Part shown: piece after piece, positions 11,194-21,988 of the stretch
Layout: the number at the start of each line of letters is the position of its first letter
Numbering within the stretch: position 1 is the stretch's first letter
Virus record (IMG/VR): IMGVR_UViG_3300025767_001103
Span: 21,751-85,750 of that record
Strand: one strand, 5' to 3'
Origin: a virus
Length of the DNA stretch: 64,000 nucleotides
The notes under the pieces: model-generated
What the model was told of the DNA's origin: nothing
What the model saw: the letters and a program-made list of their open reading frames with translations, nothing else
Databases searched by the model: none
Program-made: the position numbers and the translations under genes

Positions 11194-13098
11194 GTGAGTT
11201 ATCAATTAAACAAAACAAACGGAGATTTATTAATAGATCTAGTAGACGGTCAAATTGATAACACATCAACTAATTTAGTACTAGTTGGTAGAAATTATAC
11301 CGGATATGGTGAGTATTTTAACGAAAACTTTATTAAATTATTAGAAAATTTTAGTAATACTGCTGCTCCAAGTAATCCATTAACTGGACAAACTTGGTGG
11401 GATAATTCAGATCAGCGTTTAAAAGTATACGATGGAACAGTTTGGAAAGCGTCTGGCGGTCCATTTGTACAAAACACAGTTCCTTCTATGGTAGCAGGAG
11501 ATTTATGGATTGATAATCTTAAAAATCAATTGTATGCATTTGATGGTACAGATTTATTTTTAGTTGGACCTCAATATACTACAGCACAGGGAAAAAGTGG
11601 ATTCGAAATTACTAGTATACTTGACGAACAAAGTAGATCGCGTACTGTTATAAATCTATATGTAGCTAATACACTTACTGCTGTGATCAGTTATTTAGAT
11701 TTTACTCCAATTTATGCACAACGAATTTTAGGTTTAGTTACTGCTGATAATCCAGACGGAAGAATATTTACTGGCTTTAACATTATTGACAAAGCCAACT
11801 TTAAATTTAGAGGTATTGCAGATTCTGCAAACGCTCTTGTTACTGGCACAGGCGTAGTTAGAACAGCTGACAGCTTTCTTCCATCAAATGCAAATGGTGA
11901 AACAGTTGGTACATTAAAGGTTCTTAATAATGGTGGTATAACAATTGGTGCATCGCAAGCGCATGTTCAAAAAGTTGTCGGCCCTAGAGTTTACTTTGAA
12001 AATCAGTTAAACGATAATGATATAAGTCTTAGAGTTTCAAGTTCGACATACGGTAGTATTACAGTTGATGCAATATATATTGATGCAAGCTCAGGTAAGG
12101 TTGGAATATTTACTACTGAAAGGTTACCTGAATATACGCTAGATGTTGAAGGCGATTTGCGTGTAACTGGAAATTTATTAGTAGAAGGTGAAACTACAAG
12201 TATTGATGTTGCTACGCTAAGAATTGAAGACAAAAATATCGAAATAGCAAAAGCAGCAGACGGTGCCACATTAACTGGTGTAGCAGCAGACGATGCAGGT
12301 TTAATATTAGATACAAGTGATGTAGGTTCTAAAACATGGACTTGGAAAACTGCACAAGATGCATGGACGTCTAATGTTAATGTAGATATAAGCTCAACAA
12401 CAAAAACTTATCAAATTGCTGGTGTAGATAAACTTACAAATACAAGTTTAACAAATATTACAAAAGCATTGGACTTAGATGAAATCGGAACGTTAATAGA
12501 TTTAAATGTAGATGATATTAATATTAACGGTAGCGTTATTACTTGTAACCCGGCAGCACTAGGTGCATTGACTATTACGTCATCAACTGGTATTAATATT
12601 ACTGCCGGCGGAAACATTGCAATTCAAGATAGTAGAAGAATAACCGGTTTAGGCAATCCTGCACAAAATCAAGACGCAGCAACAAAATATTATACAGACA
12701 ACCAAATTGCAACAGAAACTATTGTGTTTTCTTTAGATATTACAGGGTTTAACACACCAAATCCAATTGGAACAGGTGATGGTCCAATAACAAACGTTGC
12801 AGCAGTTTTACAGTCTTTATATCCGGCTGCGACAGAAAATAATGGTAAAATAGCAAAGATACATACAACATCATATGCTGGCGCAAGTGCTACACTTGCT
12901 GCGGCTGATATTAACGCTGCTATTAACTATTCAAGACTTGATGTTGATAGTAACGGTACACAAAATGAATCAGTTGTACAAGATTTTACATTTGATGATA
13001 TTGCAGGTGACGTTACACTTGCTCCATTACGATATACTATGACATTCCAATCAACTGGTACAACATGGTCGCATGTTACAACAGTAGCATATACGTGA
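11194..13098 (+). CDS. Tail fibre-like virion protein
   Basis: GTG start after GGAG; N-terminal ~130 aa paralogous to 9138 and 13138 (GYGE..NENF..LLENF); fibre motifs KVGIFT..PEYTLDVEG and ITGLGNPAQNQDAATKYYTD. Confidence 0.75.
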   Translation: MSYQLNKTNGDLLIDLVDGQIDNTSTNLVLVGRNYTGYGEYFNENFIKLLENFSNTAAPSNPLTGQTWWDNSDQRLKVYDGTVWKASGGPFVQNTVPSMVAGDLWIDNLKNQLYAFDGTDLFLVGPQYTTAQGKSGFEITSILDEQSRSRTVINLYVANTLTAVISYLDFTPIYAQRILGLVTADNPDGRIFTGFNIIDKANFKFRGIADSANALVTGTGVVRTADSFLPSNANGETVGTLKVLNNGGITIGASQAHVQKVVGPRVYFENQLNDNDISLRVSSSTYGSITVDAIYIDASSGKVGIFTTERLPEYTLDVEGDLRVTGNLLVEGETTSIDVATLRIEDKNIEIAKAADGATLTGVAADDAGLILDTSDVGSKTWTWKTAQDAWTSNVNVDISSTTKTYQIAGVDKLTNTSLTNITKALDLDEIGTLIDLNVDDININGSVITCNPAALGALTITSSTGINITAGGNIAIQDSRRITGLGNPAQNQDAATKYYTDNQIATETIVFSLDITGFNTPNPIGTGDGPITNVAAVLQSLYPAATENNGKIAKIHTTSYAGASATLAAADINAAINYSRLDVDSNGTQNESVVQDFTFDDIAGDVTLAPLRYTMTFQSTGTTWSHVTTVAYT

Positions 13099-13104
13099 TA
13101 AAGA

Positions 13105-13110
13105 TAAATA
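13105..13110 (+). promoter_or_regulatory. Putative late promoter hexamer TAAATA
   Basis: GATAAATA in the 39-nt gap before the gene at 13138, followed by SD AGGGG. Confidence 0.55.
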
Positions 13111-13137
13111 ATACTAATAGCACTAGGGGTTACTTAA

Positions 13138-14631
13138 ATGGCATATCAAATTGATAGATATAATAATACACTGTTAACAACAGTTGAAGACGGCACAATT
13201 GATCAAACTACTGATCTTAAATTTATTGGCAAAAATTATGCAGGTTATGGCGAAATACAAAACGAAAACTTTTTATATTTGCTAGAAAACTTCAGCGGAG
13301 CAAATGAACCATCGAGACCAATAAGTGGCCAAGTATGGTTTGATAGTGCTAATAGTAAAATGAAATTTTATGACGGCACACAGTGGCGTACAGTAGGCGG
13401 AGCAGAAGTTGCAGCAAATGAACCTACAGGATTAGTAAGTGGTGATTTTTGGTGGGACACTAATAATGAACAATTATATGCTAAAGGTGCTACTGGATTT
13501 GTACTAATTGGCCCACAAAATGCCGGCGAAGGCGTAACCCAAATGCAAAGTGTCGAAGTGCTCGATACTACAAGTGCTACAAAAGTTATTATTGCAGCAT
13601 ATGTTGCTGATACAATTGTTTATATAATTAGCCCAGATCAATTTGAATTGAATTCAAGCGAAACGGCCATTAAAAGTCAAGGGTTTGATGTAATTAGAAA
13701 GGGTCTTACTCTAAAATGGACAAAAAATGCCGATAACGGAGTTACTAACAGTAGCCAAGTTGCAGGTAATGACTTCGAATATCACGGTACTGCTTCAAAT
13801 GCTTTAAAACTAGGCGGATTACCTGCTTCAAACTTTGTCCAAACAGGTGTAGGCAACACATCATTTACTAGTGCAGTTGAATTTCCTGACGCTGGATTGT
13901 TAATTGGCGATAGTCAAGATTTACAATTAAAAATTGAAAACGGTGATGAAGCAGTTATTCAAAACGTAACAGGCACAGATAGCATTATTAAATTTAAAGC
14001 TACAGACGGCGCCGGCACACTAACTAATATTGCAACTATCACTTCAGCCGGGCTACGTCCAGATGTAGATAACGCAAAGGATATTGGTACAAGCTCTTTA
14101 GCATTTAGAGATGTTTACGCATACAGTTTTGTAGGAGAAGCTACAAAATCTACAGCAATGCGTGTTGGCACAGATTTCCGTACAGCATCAGTAAGTGCTT
14201 CGAACAACACGGTTGCTGTTAGAGATGCAACAGGCAACATTGCTGCAAACCTATTTCAAGGTACTGCTACTCAAGCACGTTATGCTGACTTGGCAGAAAA
14301 ATATTCTACTGCTGAAGAATTGCCAGCAGGTACAGCAGTTGCAGTAGGCGGCGAAGCAGAAGTAACTCCAGCAAGTGCAAGTGATTTCTGTATTGGTGTT
14401 GTTTCGACAGATCCAGCATACATGATGAACAGTGAAGCAGAAGGTCAATACATTGGACTTAAAGGGCGCTTACCTGTAAGAGTTAAGGGTGCAGTTAGAA
14501 AAGGCGATGCTGTATATGCATTAGGAGATGGTGTTTGTACTACACTTGCAACAACAGCATTAGTAGGAATTGCGCTAGAAAGTAATAGCGATGAGGGTGA
14601 AAAATTAGTAGAGTGTGTACTCAAAGTATAA
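13138..14631 (+). CDS. Tail fibre/spike protein with C-terminal intramolecular-chaperone (peptidase G2-like) domain
   Basis: Shared N-terminal domain; C-terminus YADLAEKY...GVVSTDPAYMMN...GLKGRLPVRVKG.V.KGD matches the auto-cleaving chaperone pattern of phage fibres. Confidence 0.75.
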   Translation: MAYQIDRYNNTLLTTVEDGTIDQTTDLKFIGKNYAGYGEIQNENFLYLLENFSGANEPSRPISGQVWFDSANSKMKFYDGTQWRTVGGAEVAANEPTGLVSGDFWWDTNNEQLYAKGATGFVLIGPQNAGEGVTQMQSVEVLDTTSATKVIIAAYVADTIVYIISPDQFELNSSETAIKSQGFDVIRKGLTLKWTKNADNGVTNSSQVAGNDFEYHGTASNALKLGGLPASNFVQTGVGNTSFTSAVEFPDAGLLIGDSQDLQLKIENGDEAVIQNVTGTDSIIKFKATDGAGTLTNIATITSAGLRPDVDNAKDIGTSSLAFRDVYAYSFVGEATKSTAMRVGTDFRTASVSASNNTVAVRDATGNIAANLFQGTATQARYADLAEKYSTAEELPAGTAVAVGGEAEVTPASASDFCIGVVSTDPAYMMNSEAEGQYIGLKGRLPVRVKGAVRKGDAVYALGDGVCTTLATTALVGIALESNSDEGEKLVECVLKV

Positions 14632-14643
14632 TAAGGAATCATC

Positions 14644-15567
14644 ATGGCAGATATTACAGCAGCAAGAATTAACAATTTGCAATCTAGCATTGCACTTATA
14701 TTAGGCAATGGCTCAGGACAAAACGGATACGGACAAACAGTTACTAGTACACCTGTTAACAACACAGGTGATGTAGTTGAGGCTATAGATATGAATGCAA
14801 TTTATGCAGACATTCTTAAAGCAAGAGTACACCAAGTAGGCGCCGGAGACATTAGTATTGCTCAAGTTGTTCAAAATCTTAATACTGTTGCAGAAGCTAC
14901 AAGTGCATTTGTCGATGACGATGGTGTAACGGCTACTGATCCCGAAGGAATTAAAAAGGGTATTTTAGACTTTGAAGCGTTAATGACTCAGGTGCAAGCC
15001 GATAAAGCAACTATGCACTCGTCGCAAGCTGCATTAGAACCAGGAATTTCTAGTGCTAGATCGAGCGGCTGGAATGGATTGCTTACTCACGAAATTACAG
15101 TTACTTTTAGTTCTGTAGATTCGCGCAGATTCTTTTTTAATACCGGCGGCGAAATTAGAATAAGTGCAAATAATACAAGTGCAACTACACCAAAAGGACT
15201 AGACTGGAATCAGTTGTGCTCGCAAGTTGGCACAATTAAATTTAATGCTGAAACAACTGTATCGACAACAGGCGGCGGAACATCTATCGGTAATTATGAT
15301 TTAACTAGTGCGTTCCAAGACATATACCAAAAGATAGGTAGCGGCACATATAGTGCAGTGTACGCAGGCAATATTTATACTGTTAAAGCACGTTCTGATA
15401 TTGATACACGTATTATTTTTAGAATTGAATTTAACGATGTAGTTTTTGACAACAATATTGATAATAACGTTGACGGTAGACTTGAAAGTATAATACAACA
15501 TTATCGTGCAACCGGCGATGTAACTGTGCCAGCCCCAACTTATTATAATACTTCAACATTGGCATAA
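14644..15567 (+). CDS. Virion structural protein, paralogue of 15629
   Basis: GYGQ near the N-terminus and RRFFFNTGGEIRISA motif shared with the next gene; Thr/Ser/Asn-rich; SD AAGGA. Confidence 0.6.
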   Translation: MADITAARINNLQSSIALILGNGSGQNGYGQTVTSTPVNNTGDVVEAIDMNAIYADILKARVHQVGAGDISIAQVVQNLNTVAEATSAFVDDDGVTATDPEGIKKGILDFEALMTQVQADKATMHSSQAALEPGISSARSSGWNGLLTHEITVTFSSVDSRRFFFNTGGEIRISANNTSATTPKGLDWNQLCSQVGTIKFNAETTVSTTGGGTSIGNYDLTSAFQDIYQKIGSGTYSAVYAGNIYTVKARSDIDTRIIFRIEFNDVVFDNNIDNNVDGRLESIIQHYRATGDVTVPAPTYYNTSTLA

Positions 15568-15594
15568 TCAGCATTTTAGTGTTCGAAATATTTT

Positions 15595-15604
15595 TAAATA
15601 AATA
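15595..15604 (+). promoter_or_regulatory. Putative late promoter (overlapping TAAATA copies)
   Basis: TAAATAAATA in the intergenic gap before 15629. Confidence 0.5.
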
Positions 15605-15628
15605 TACTTAACAATAAAGAGATGATAG

Positions 15629-16615
15629 ATGTCAGTAACTATATTAGCAAGCAGATATAACACACTTCGTAATAATGTAAATTTAGTACTTGGAACATCC
15701 GTGTCTGCGTCAGAGCAATATGGGTATGGACAAGGATTTAGTACAAATAGCGTAGTCGGCACACGTTCAGTTTCAAATCCAGTCGACGCTAACAAAGTTA
15801 CAGCGCAAGACTACGAAGATTTATATATTGATTTAATACGAGTACGGTCACATCAAGTCGGTGCCTCTGTTGCAATAAGTGAATTTGTAGTAGGTGATTA
15901 TGATACAAACACAGTAGATACTGATTTAATTGAAGAATCATATGTATTAAGTTTAGAATCATTAGCTTCTAATATTATCACTGACAAATTTGCAGTTGAT
16001 CCTAGCAATTTGATTGTAGCCAATTTACCAGCTGTAAATTCAACCCGTGCAGCAGCCACAGGCTCTTGGAATGGTACCATTAGTCATATTTTTACTGTAA
16101 CATTTAACACTGATACTGAACGTAGACATTTTTTCAATGCCGGCGGCGAAATTCGATTTAGTGCTAGTGTAGATTATACAGGAAGTCAGGCAAAAACAGT
16201 CGATTGGCAAACAATTTTAAATGCCATGACTACAATTAGTTTTAAAGCAACTGAAACTATTAATAATGCTGCCATCGGAACAAGCAGTAGTATAGGAAAT
16301 TATGATCTTACAACTAGCTATCAGCTAGTGTATTCGAGAGACGGTGGCGCAGTATATGCTAATAATGAATACAGAATTTTTGCAAGAGAAGTTGTAACAA
16401 TTGGTGATACATCTACTATACAATTCAAAGTAGAATTTGTAGATGGTACGCCTAACGATCCAACCTGGGGAATCGACGAGCCAGTTTCTGGCACATTTAA
16501 TAGTGTGGTACAAACAGCTACTCCTAGCAGTCAAATAACAATTAACGGCACTGTGCATGATGCAGTTATAATCGAAACTCCTCCAACTGGTACAAACATA
16601 AGAATCCTTAGTTAA
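15629..16615 (+). CDS. Virion structural protein, paralogue of 14644
   Basis: GYGQG, RRHFFNAGGEIRFSA and IGNYDLT motifs shared with 14644. Confidence 0.6.
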   Translation: MSVTILASRYNTLRNNVNLVLGTSVSASEQYGYGQGFSTNSVVGTRSVSNPVDANKVTAQDYEDLYIDLIRVRSHQVGASVAISEFVVGDYDTNTVDTDLIEESYVLSLESLASNIITDKFAVDPSNLIVANLPAVNSTRAAATGSWNGTISHIFTVTFNTDTERRHFFNAGGEIRFSASVDYTGSQAKTVDWQTILNAMTTISFKATETINNAAIGTSSSIGNYDLTTSYQLVYSRDGGAVYANNEYRIFAREVVTIGDTSTIQFKVEFVDGTPNDPTWGIDEPVSGTFNSVVQTATPSSQITINGTVHDAVIIETPPTGTNIRILS

Positions 16616-16626
16616 CCAATCTCTGC

Positions 16627-16655
16627 TTGACAAATACTTAAATCTAATATATACT
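16627..16655 (+). promoter_or_regulatory. Sigma70-type promoter at the start of the enzyme island
   Basis: TTGACA (16627-16632), 17-nt spacer, TATACT (16650-16655); SD AGGAG and ATG 16682 downstream. Confidence 0.85.
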
Positions 16656-16681
16656 AATAGTAATAAACTAGGAGTATAACT

Positions 16682-17032
16682 ATGGATGAGCGTTTAGAAA
16701 AAGCATTAGACTTTTCTAACTATATGCTAACACTAAGCAACCAAAAACGATTGTTAGCAGAAAAATACCAAGAAGAATTAATACATTTTTACAACGGCTC
16801 GCAGTTTACACTTACTCGTGAATTGATTACGTTTGTAAGTGCAATGGTATCAGCAGATCAAGACGAAGTTGTTATTACAGATGATAATAATATTCCTTGT
16901 ATGGTAGAAGACTTAGAAAGCTTTTATAGCGAAATTATAAACAAATATACTATTGCGTCCAATGATTACTTTACTGCTTATGCTGATCTTAAAAAGAATA
17001 GAAGTGTAGAGAAATTAGTAAACTATGAGTAA
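16682..17032 (+). CDS. Hypothetical protein, first gene of the island
   Basis: 116 aa, strong SD, overlaps the next gene by 8 nt. Confidence 0.7.
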   Translation: MDERLEKALDFSNYMLTLSNQKRLLAEKYQEELIHFYNGSQFTLTRELITFVSAMVSADQDEVVITDDNNIPCMVEDLESFYSEIINKYTIASNDYFTAYADLKKNRSVEKLVNYE

Positions 17033-17876
17033 AGGCGCTTTTTTAATTGCACGTAATAACGGACACATCGATTATGTAAAACAAGCAGTGTTTCTTGCAA
17101 AGCGTATAAAGAAATATTTAAATATTCCTGTGTCAGTAGCAACTGACAGTATAGGCTATCTCGAGGACACGTTTGGTACAGATGACTTTGATAAGGTTAT
17201 TTGGCTAGATTATACTGCTGAAAGTAATAAGCGTTACTTCTTCGACGGCACGTTATCAAAGAAGTCGGCAAGTTTTAAAAATAATAATCGTGCAAGTGTG
17301 TATGATCTTACTCCCTACGACGAAACGCTATTAATGGACACTGACTATGTTATATCTAATGATCTGTTAAAAAGTTGTTTTAATTCTAATTCAGACTTTA
17401 TGATATACAAAAAGTCTGACGATATTGCAAAGGTTCGCAATGAGAGAGAATTTGATACTATAAGCAACACTAGTGTTGACTTTTATTGGGCAACTGTTGT
17501 CTATTTTAAAAAAACAGAAACTAATACTATCTTTTTTGATCTTGTTAAACATATCGAAGAAGAGTGGAATCACTACAGACGAGTTTACCAAATAACCTCT
17601 GGTTTATTTAGAAATGACTTTGCATTTAGTATGGCGATTCACATAATGAATGGATTTCAATCTGGAGATTTTGCACAACAACTTCCAGGTAGTATGCTTT
17701 ATACTACTGATAAGGATGTGTTATGGCAAATGCACGACGACGAAATGATGTTTTTAGTACAAAAGAAAGACTACTTAGGTGAATACACTGCATTAAAAAC
17801 TATAGGACAAACTATTCACGTAATGAATAAAAGTAGCCTTAATAGAATAATTGATCAGGAGTTTGCAAATGACTAA
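17025..17876 (+). CDS. GT-A fold glycosyltransferase-like protein
   Basis: TPYDETLLMDTD DxD motif, SVATD strand and late H (IHVMNK); paralogue of the next gene. Confidence 0.7.
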   Translation: MSKGAFLIARNNGHIDYVKQAVFLAKRIKKYLNIPVSVATDSIGYLEDTFGTDDFDKVIWLDYTAESNKRYFFDGTLSKKSASFKNNNRASVYDLTPYDETLLMDTDYVISNDLLKSCFNSNSDFMIYKKSDDIAKVRNEREFDTISNTSVDFYWATVVYFKKTETNTIFFDLVKHIEEEWNHYRRVYQITSGLFRNDFAFSMAIHIMNGFQSGDFAQQLPGSMLYTTDKDVLWQMHDDEMMFLVQKKDYLGEYTALKTIGQTIHVMNKSSLNRIIDQEFAND

Positions 17877-18711
17877 GGGAGTGGTAGTTCTTGCACAAAA
17901 CAATACAACTGATAATTATGTAGAGCAAGCTGCACTACTGGCAATGAGCTTGCGTTATTATAACAATGTGCCTATTAGTTTAATTACAGACGATAAGGTG
18001 CCAGACGAATATGTAAGTCTTTTTGATAAGATTATTCCTATTCCGTTCGGAGACAGTGCAGACACAAGTGAGTGGAAAGTAGAAAATCGTTGGAAGATTT
18101 ATCATGCTAGTCCGTATGATGAAACTATTGTAATGGACACTGATATGCTAGTGTTGCAAAACATTGACACTTGGTGGGACGTTCTTTCTAACTACGAAGT
18201 ATTTTATACTAGTAACGTGTTAACATACAAGGGCAAAACTGCGAATACTAGTTACTATAGAAAAACGTTTATTGATAATAATTTACCTAATTTATTCTGC
18301 GGACTTCATTATTTTAAAAAGTGCGAGTTTGCACAAGAGTTTTATGCTTGGTTAGAATTAGTAGTTAATAACTGGGAAACATTTTATGAACAACAATTGT
18401 TAGCAGCGTCTCGTCCTAAGCATGTGAGTATGGATGTATGTACTGCTATTGTAACAAAAATATTAGATTGCGAATCTGATATAACAAACAAAGTTGCCAA
18501 ATTTCCTAGCTTTACCCATATGAAGCCATATTGCCAAGGATGGCACGAAGTTCAGACTAGCTGGCAAAGTCAAATAGGTGTTTACATATCCAAAGATGGA
18601 AATACAAAGCTTGGTAATTATGTTCAAACAGGAATACTACATTATACTGAAAAGGACTTTGTAGAAAAGTCCCCAGCACTAGAGCGTTATAGGAATTTAA
18701 CAAATGTCTGA
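17869..18711 (+). CDS. GT-A fold glycosyltransferase-like protein
   Basis: Start moved to ATG 17869 (AGGAG upstream); SLITD, SPYDETIVMDTD, FTHMK and LHY motifs. Confidence 0.7.
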   Translation: MTKGVVVLAQNNTTDNYVEQAALLAMSLRYYNNVPISLITDDKVPDEYVSLFDKIIPIPFGDSADTSEWKVENRWKIYHASPYDETIVMDTDMLVLQNIDTWWDVLSNYEVFYTSNVLTYKGKTANTSYYRKTFIDNNLPNLFCGLHYFKKCEFAQEFYAWLELVVNNWETFYEQQLLAASRPKHVSMDVCTAIVTKILDCESDITNKVAKFPSFTHMKPYCQGWHEVQTSWQSQIGVYISKDGNTKLGNYVQTGILHYTEKDFVEKSPALERYRNLTNV

Positions 18712-19648
18712 TTTACAAGATTTACTTAAAAAACTTACTACTAGCGCAGTTAGTACAATGTCTTATGTGTATTACGATAAAGAAACTGGTAAAATACATA
18801 AGATTAGTTCAAGAAACATTGCCGAAGAAGGATTCGAAGTTTTTGAAATTGAAAACGATGAAGTTAAGCCTATTCTTACAGGTGAACGTAGAACTGAAGA
18901 GTTTACTATAACGTATGATGTTAGTTTAAAGCAAATACGATTGAAAGAAGTTGCATACGACGATACGCATAAGACAGCTGCTACAATGTGTTATCAATTG
19001 CCTATGATTAAGCGTGTTGATAAATCAGCATATTTAGAAGATTATACAAAGGAAGTTGCGCCATTGCCACAGTATATTGGCATGTACATCGATGTATGGT
19101 ATGAAGAATTGCCACATCTTGCAGGGCAACATGTTTGGATAAATGACACTGTTTACAAATTATTAAAAGATCTGCCTGCAAATACTAAATTTACTACAGA
19201 CAATGCAGAACTTATTGTTGAAAATGTAAAGTTATATCGAGATAAAAATAAAGCATTAAAAATAAACGACACAGTAGACGTCGGAGACTTAATTTTAAAA
19301 CACAACAATATATTTGTATTTGATTTAGCAGATTGTAATATTAATTTAGAAAACGATATTGTTATACGACAAGATACTGATTTTAATATCTGGAATATTC
19401 GAATTAATCCGCACACTAAAAAATTCTTACGCATGAGCGGATACAATCCTAACGAAACACTTTATTTCAGTGTTACTGAAAAATACAATCCGAATATACT
19501 TTATAGAAGTCTAGAATTTAATGTGGGAGAATTGTTATCGGAGTCTGTATCAATAATTCCGTTCATATGTGATGCCGAACACGATCCTAATAATGTAAGT
19601 ATATACACAGCAAGATACTTTGACAAATACGTACACGAGATTATATAA
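18704..19648 (+). CDS. Hypothetical protein
   Basis: 314-aa ORF overlapping both glycosyltransferase-like neighbours; no motif recognised. Confidence 0.65.
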   Translation: MSDLQDLLKKLTTSAVSTMSYVYYDKETGKIHKISSRNIAEEGFEVFEIENDEVKPILTGERRTEEFTITYDVSLKQIRLKEVAYDDTHKTAATMCYQLPMIKRVDKSAYLEDYTKEVAPLPQYIGMYIDVWYEELPHLAGQHVWINDTVYKLLKDLPANTKFTTDNAELIVENVKLYRDKNKALKINDTVDVGDLILKHNNIFVFDLADCNINLENDIVIRQDTDFNIWNIRINPHTKKFLRMSGYNPNETLYFSVTEKYNPNILYRSLEFNVGELLSESVSIIPFICDAEHDPNNVSIYTARYFDKYVHEII

Positions 19649-20571
19649 TGGCAAAATTTAAACCAATTGACTACGATATCATTTATCTAAGTTACGACGA
19701 GCCTAATGCAGAAAAAAACTATGCAGATTTGTGTAAAATAGTACCATGGGCAAAGCGTGTACACGGTGTAGAGGGCAGTGATGCTGCACATAAAGCCTGT
19801 GCAAAATTAAGCGAAACAGATCGTTTTATTACTGTAGACGGTGATAATAGAATACGTGAAGATTTTTTAAATCAAGAAATTGACTTTGATGAGCATGCAG
19901 ATTTAAAGAATACTGTAATTAGTTGGTGCGGTCGTAACGAAATTAATGGACTTATGTACGGCAACGGCGGACTAAAATGTTGGCCTAAAGAATATGTGTT
20001 GAATATGAAAACACATGAAAACGCTGACCCTAACAACGCACATGCACAAGTTGACTTTTGTTGGGATGCAAAATATATACAAATGAATAGTTGTTACTCA
20101 GACGTATACAATAATGAAACAGCAGCACAAGCATGGCGAGCCGGATTTAGAGAAGGCGTAAAACTTGCAACTGATCGCGGTGTTAGAATTAGCAAAGAAG
20201 AGTTTAAAAACAATCACTGGCGCTGCTTACATTGGCTTTATATTTGGAGCATGGTAGGAGCAGATGTAGAAAACGGCCTATGGGCTATCTACGGCACTCG
20301 TGAAGGTCTATATAAAACGATGTGTACTGATTGGGATTATGTACAAGTAAGAGATTTTAAATATTTAAATAGTCTGTGGGACAGCGAATATAGTAAAATT
20401 ACAGAAGAAATGCTGCCTTATGAAATTATGGGGCTCGGCGAAACATTAATAGATGAACTCGATATACCTATCTCTGCAAATCCTTTAGATGCCCAACAAA
20501 GTAAGTTTTTTAAAGCAGTGTATCAACATCCGTCTAGAACAGATCATCAAAGGTTTATAGAAAAATTATGA
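19648..20571 (+). CDS. GT2-like glycosyltransferase, paralogue of 30466
   Basis: YLSYDEPNAEKNY, TVDGDN (DxD), YGNGGLK and AWRAGFREG motifs. Confidence 0.65.
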   Translation: MAKFKPIDYDIIYLSYDEPNAEKNYADLCKIVPWAKRVHGVEGSDAAHKACAKLSETDRFITVDGDNRIREDFLNQEIDFDEHADLKNTVISWCGRNEINGLMYGNGGLKCWPKEYVLNMKTHENADPNNAHAQVDFCWDAKYIQMNSCYSDVYNNETAAQAWRAGFREGVKLATDRGVRISKEEFKNNHWRCLHWLYIWSMVGADVENGLWAIYGTREGLYKTMCTDWDYVQVRDFKYLNSLWDSEYSKITEEMLPYEIMGLGETLIDELDIPISANPLDAQQSKFFKAVYQHPSRTDHQRFIEKL

Positions 20572-21956
20572 GTAGTGAAACCGACAAGATAAAAAAAGTA
20601 AAAGAAATTGCAAATACAATAAGTCCTACGTTTTGTTTAGCTAAGTGGCACCACACAACAATTTACTTACACACTGGCAAAACACATAGTTGCTATCATC
20701 CTGCACCACACCATATACCTCTTGAAGAGATCGAAGCAAATCCAGCTGCACTACATAATACAATTCAAAAGAAAAAAGAACGTGCATTAATGTTAATAGG
20801 TGAAAAGCCTAAAGGGTGTCAATACTGCTGGAATGTAGAAGCACTTAGTGACACACATATTAGTGATAGACACGAACGTAATGCGGGCATTTATAATCGA
20901 CAGAGACTTGATGAAATTGTTAATAATTCTTGGGACGCTAATATTAATCCAGAATACATCGAATTAGCATTTAGTAACGAGTGCAATTTTAAGTGCGGGT
21001 ACTGTCATCCTTTGCATAGTTCTAGTTTTCGAAGTGAAATTAAAAAGTCTGGTCCTTACGAAAAAGTTAAAAATCATAGCTGTTCTATTGACTGGTTTGA
21101 AGTATTTGAAGAAGAAACTAATCCTTATGTTAAGGCATGGTGGGAATGGTGGCCTGAAGTTAGCAAAACACTAAACATTCTGCGCCTTACTGGAGGCGAA
21201 CCACTAATGCACCGAAGCACTTGGCGAATGTTTGATGAACTGCGAAACGAAGGTCGCCCAAACTTAGAACTTAATTGTAATAGTAATCTTGGTGTTAAAA
21301 CTGCACTAGTTGAGAAGCTAGCAGTAAATGTTAAAGAGTTAGTTAGTAATAAAAAGATTAAAAACTTTAAAATATTTACAAGTGTAGACACATGGGGTAA
21401 GAGAGCAGAATATATACGCACGGGTTTAGATATAAAATTGTGGGAAAAAAACTTAGAGACGTATATACATAATGCAAACGCACCAGTTAGTATTATGTGT
21501 ACATTCAATATTTTAAGTGTAACTTCGTTTACAGACTTCTTACAAAAAGTTTTAGATTGGCGAGCACAATATCAAAAAATATTAAATCCAGGCGGGTACG
21601 GCCGACGTATTAGATTCGATACTCCTTATCTAAAAGAACCGTTGCAATACGATATGATGATTTTGCCTAAAGAAGAATTCTTACCCTACTTTGATAAAAT
21701 ATTAGACTTTATTAACGACAACAAAGATGACACTGATGCTACTAAATTTACAGAGCTAGAGTATCAAAAGTTTCGACGTGTGCGCGATTATTTTGCTACA
21801 GTTAACTATGACGAAGATAAAGTTAAAGAAGGTCGCATAGATTTTTATAACTGGTTTACTGAATATGATAAAAGACGCAACGTTAATTTCTTAGAAACAT
21901 TTCCTGAAATGAACAATTTTTGGAATCACTGCAAACAGCTATCAATTCAACCATGA
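20568..21956 (+). CDS. Radical SAM protein with N-terminal twitch domain
   Basis: CNFKCGYC and TGGEP; N-terminal CLAKW...SCYHP...GCQYCW. Confidence 0.9.
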   Translation: MSSETDKIKKVKEIANTISPTFCLAKWHHTTIYLHTGKTHSCYHPAPHHIPLEEIEANPAALHNTIQKKKERALMLIGEKPKGCQYCWNVEALSDTHISDRHERNAGIYNRQRLDEIVNNSWDANINPEYIELAFSNECNFKCGYCHPLHSSSFRSEIKKSGPYEKVKNHSCSIDWFEVFEEETNPYVKAWWEWWPEVSKTLNILRLTGGEPLMHRSTWRMFDELRNEGRPNLELNCNSNLGVKTALVEKLAVNVKELVSNKKIKNFKIFTSVDTWGKRAEYIRTGLDIKLWEKNLETYIHNANAPVSIMCTFNILSVTSFTDFLQKVLDWRAQYQKILNPGGYGRRIRFDTPYLKEPLQYDMMILPKEEFLPYFDKILDFINDNKDDTDATKFTELEYQKFRRVRDYFATVNYDEDKVKEGRIDFYNWFTEYDKRRNVNFLETFPEMNNFWNHCKQLSIQP

Positions 21957-21982
21957 TACTTTAATAGCAGATTCACTGTTAC

Positions 21983-21988
21983 TAAATA
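21983..21988 (+). promoter_or_regulatory. Putative late promoter hexamer TAAATA
   Basis: In one of the few intergenic gaps of the left island, upstream of the oxygenase gene. Confidence 0.4.
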
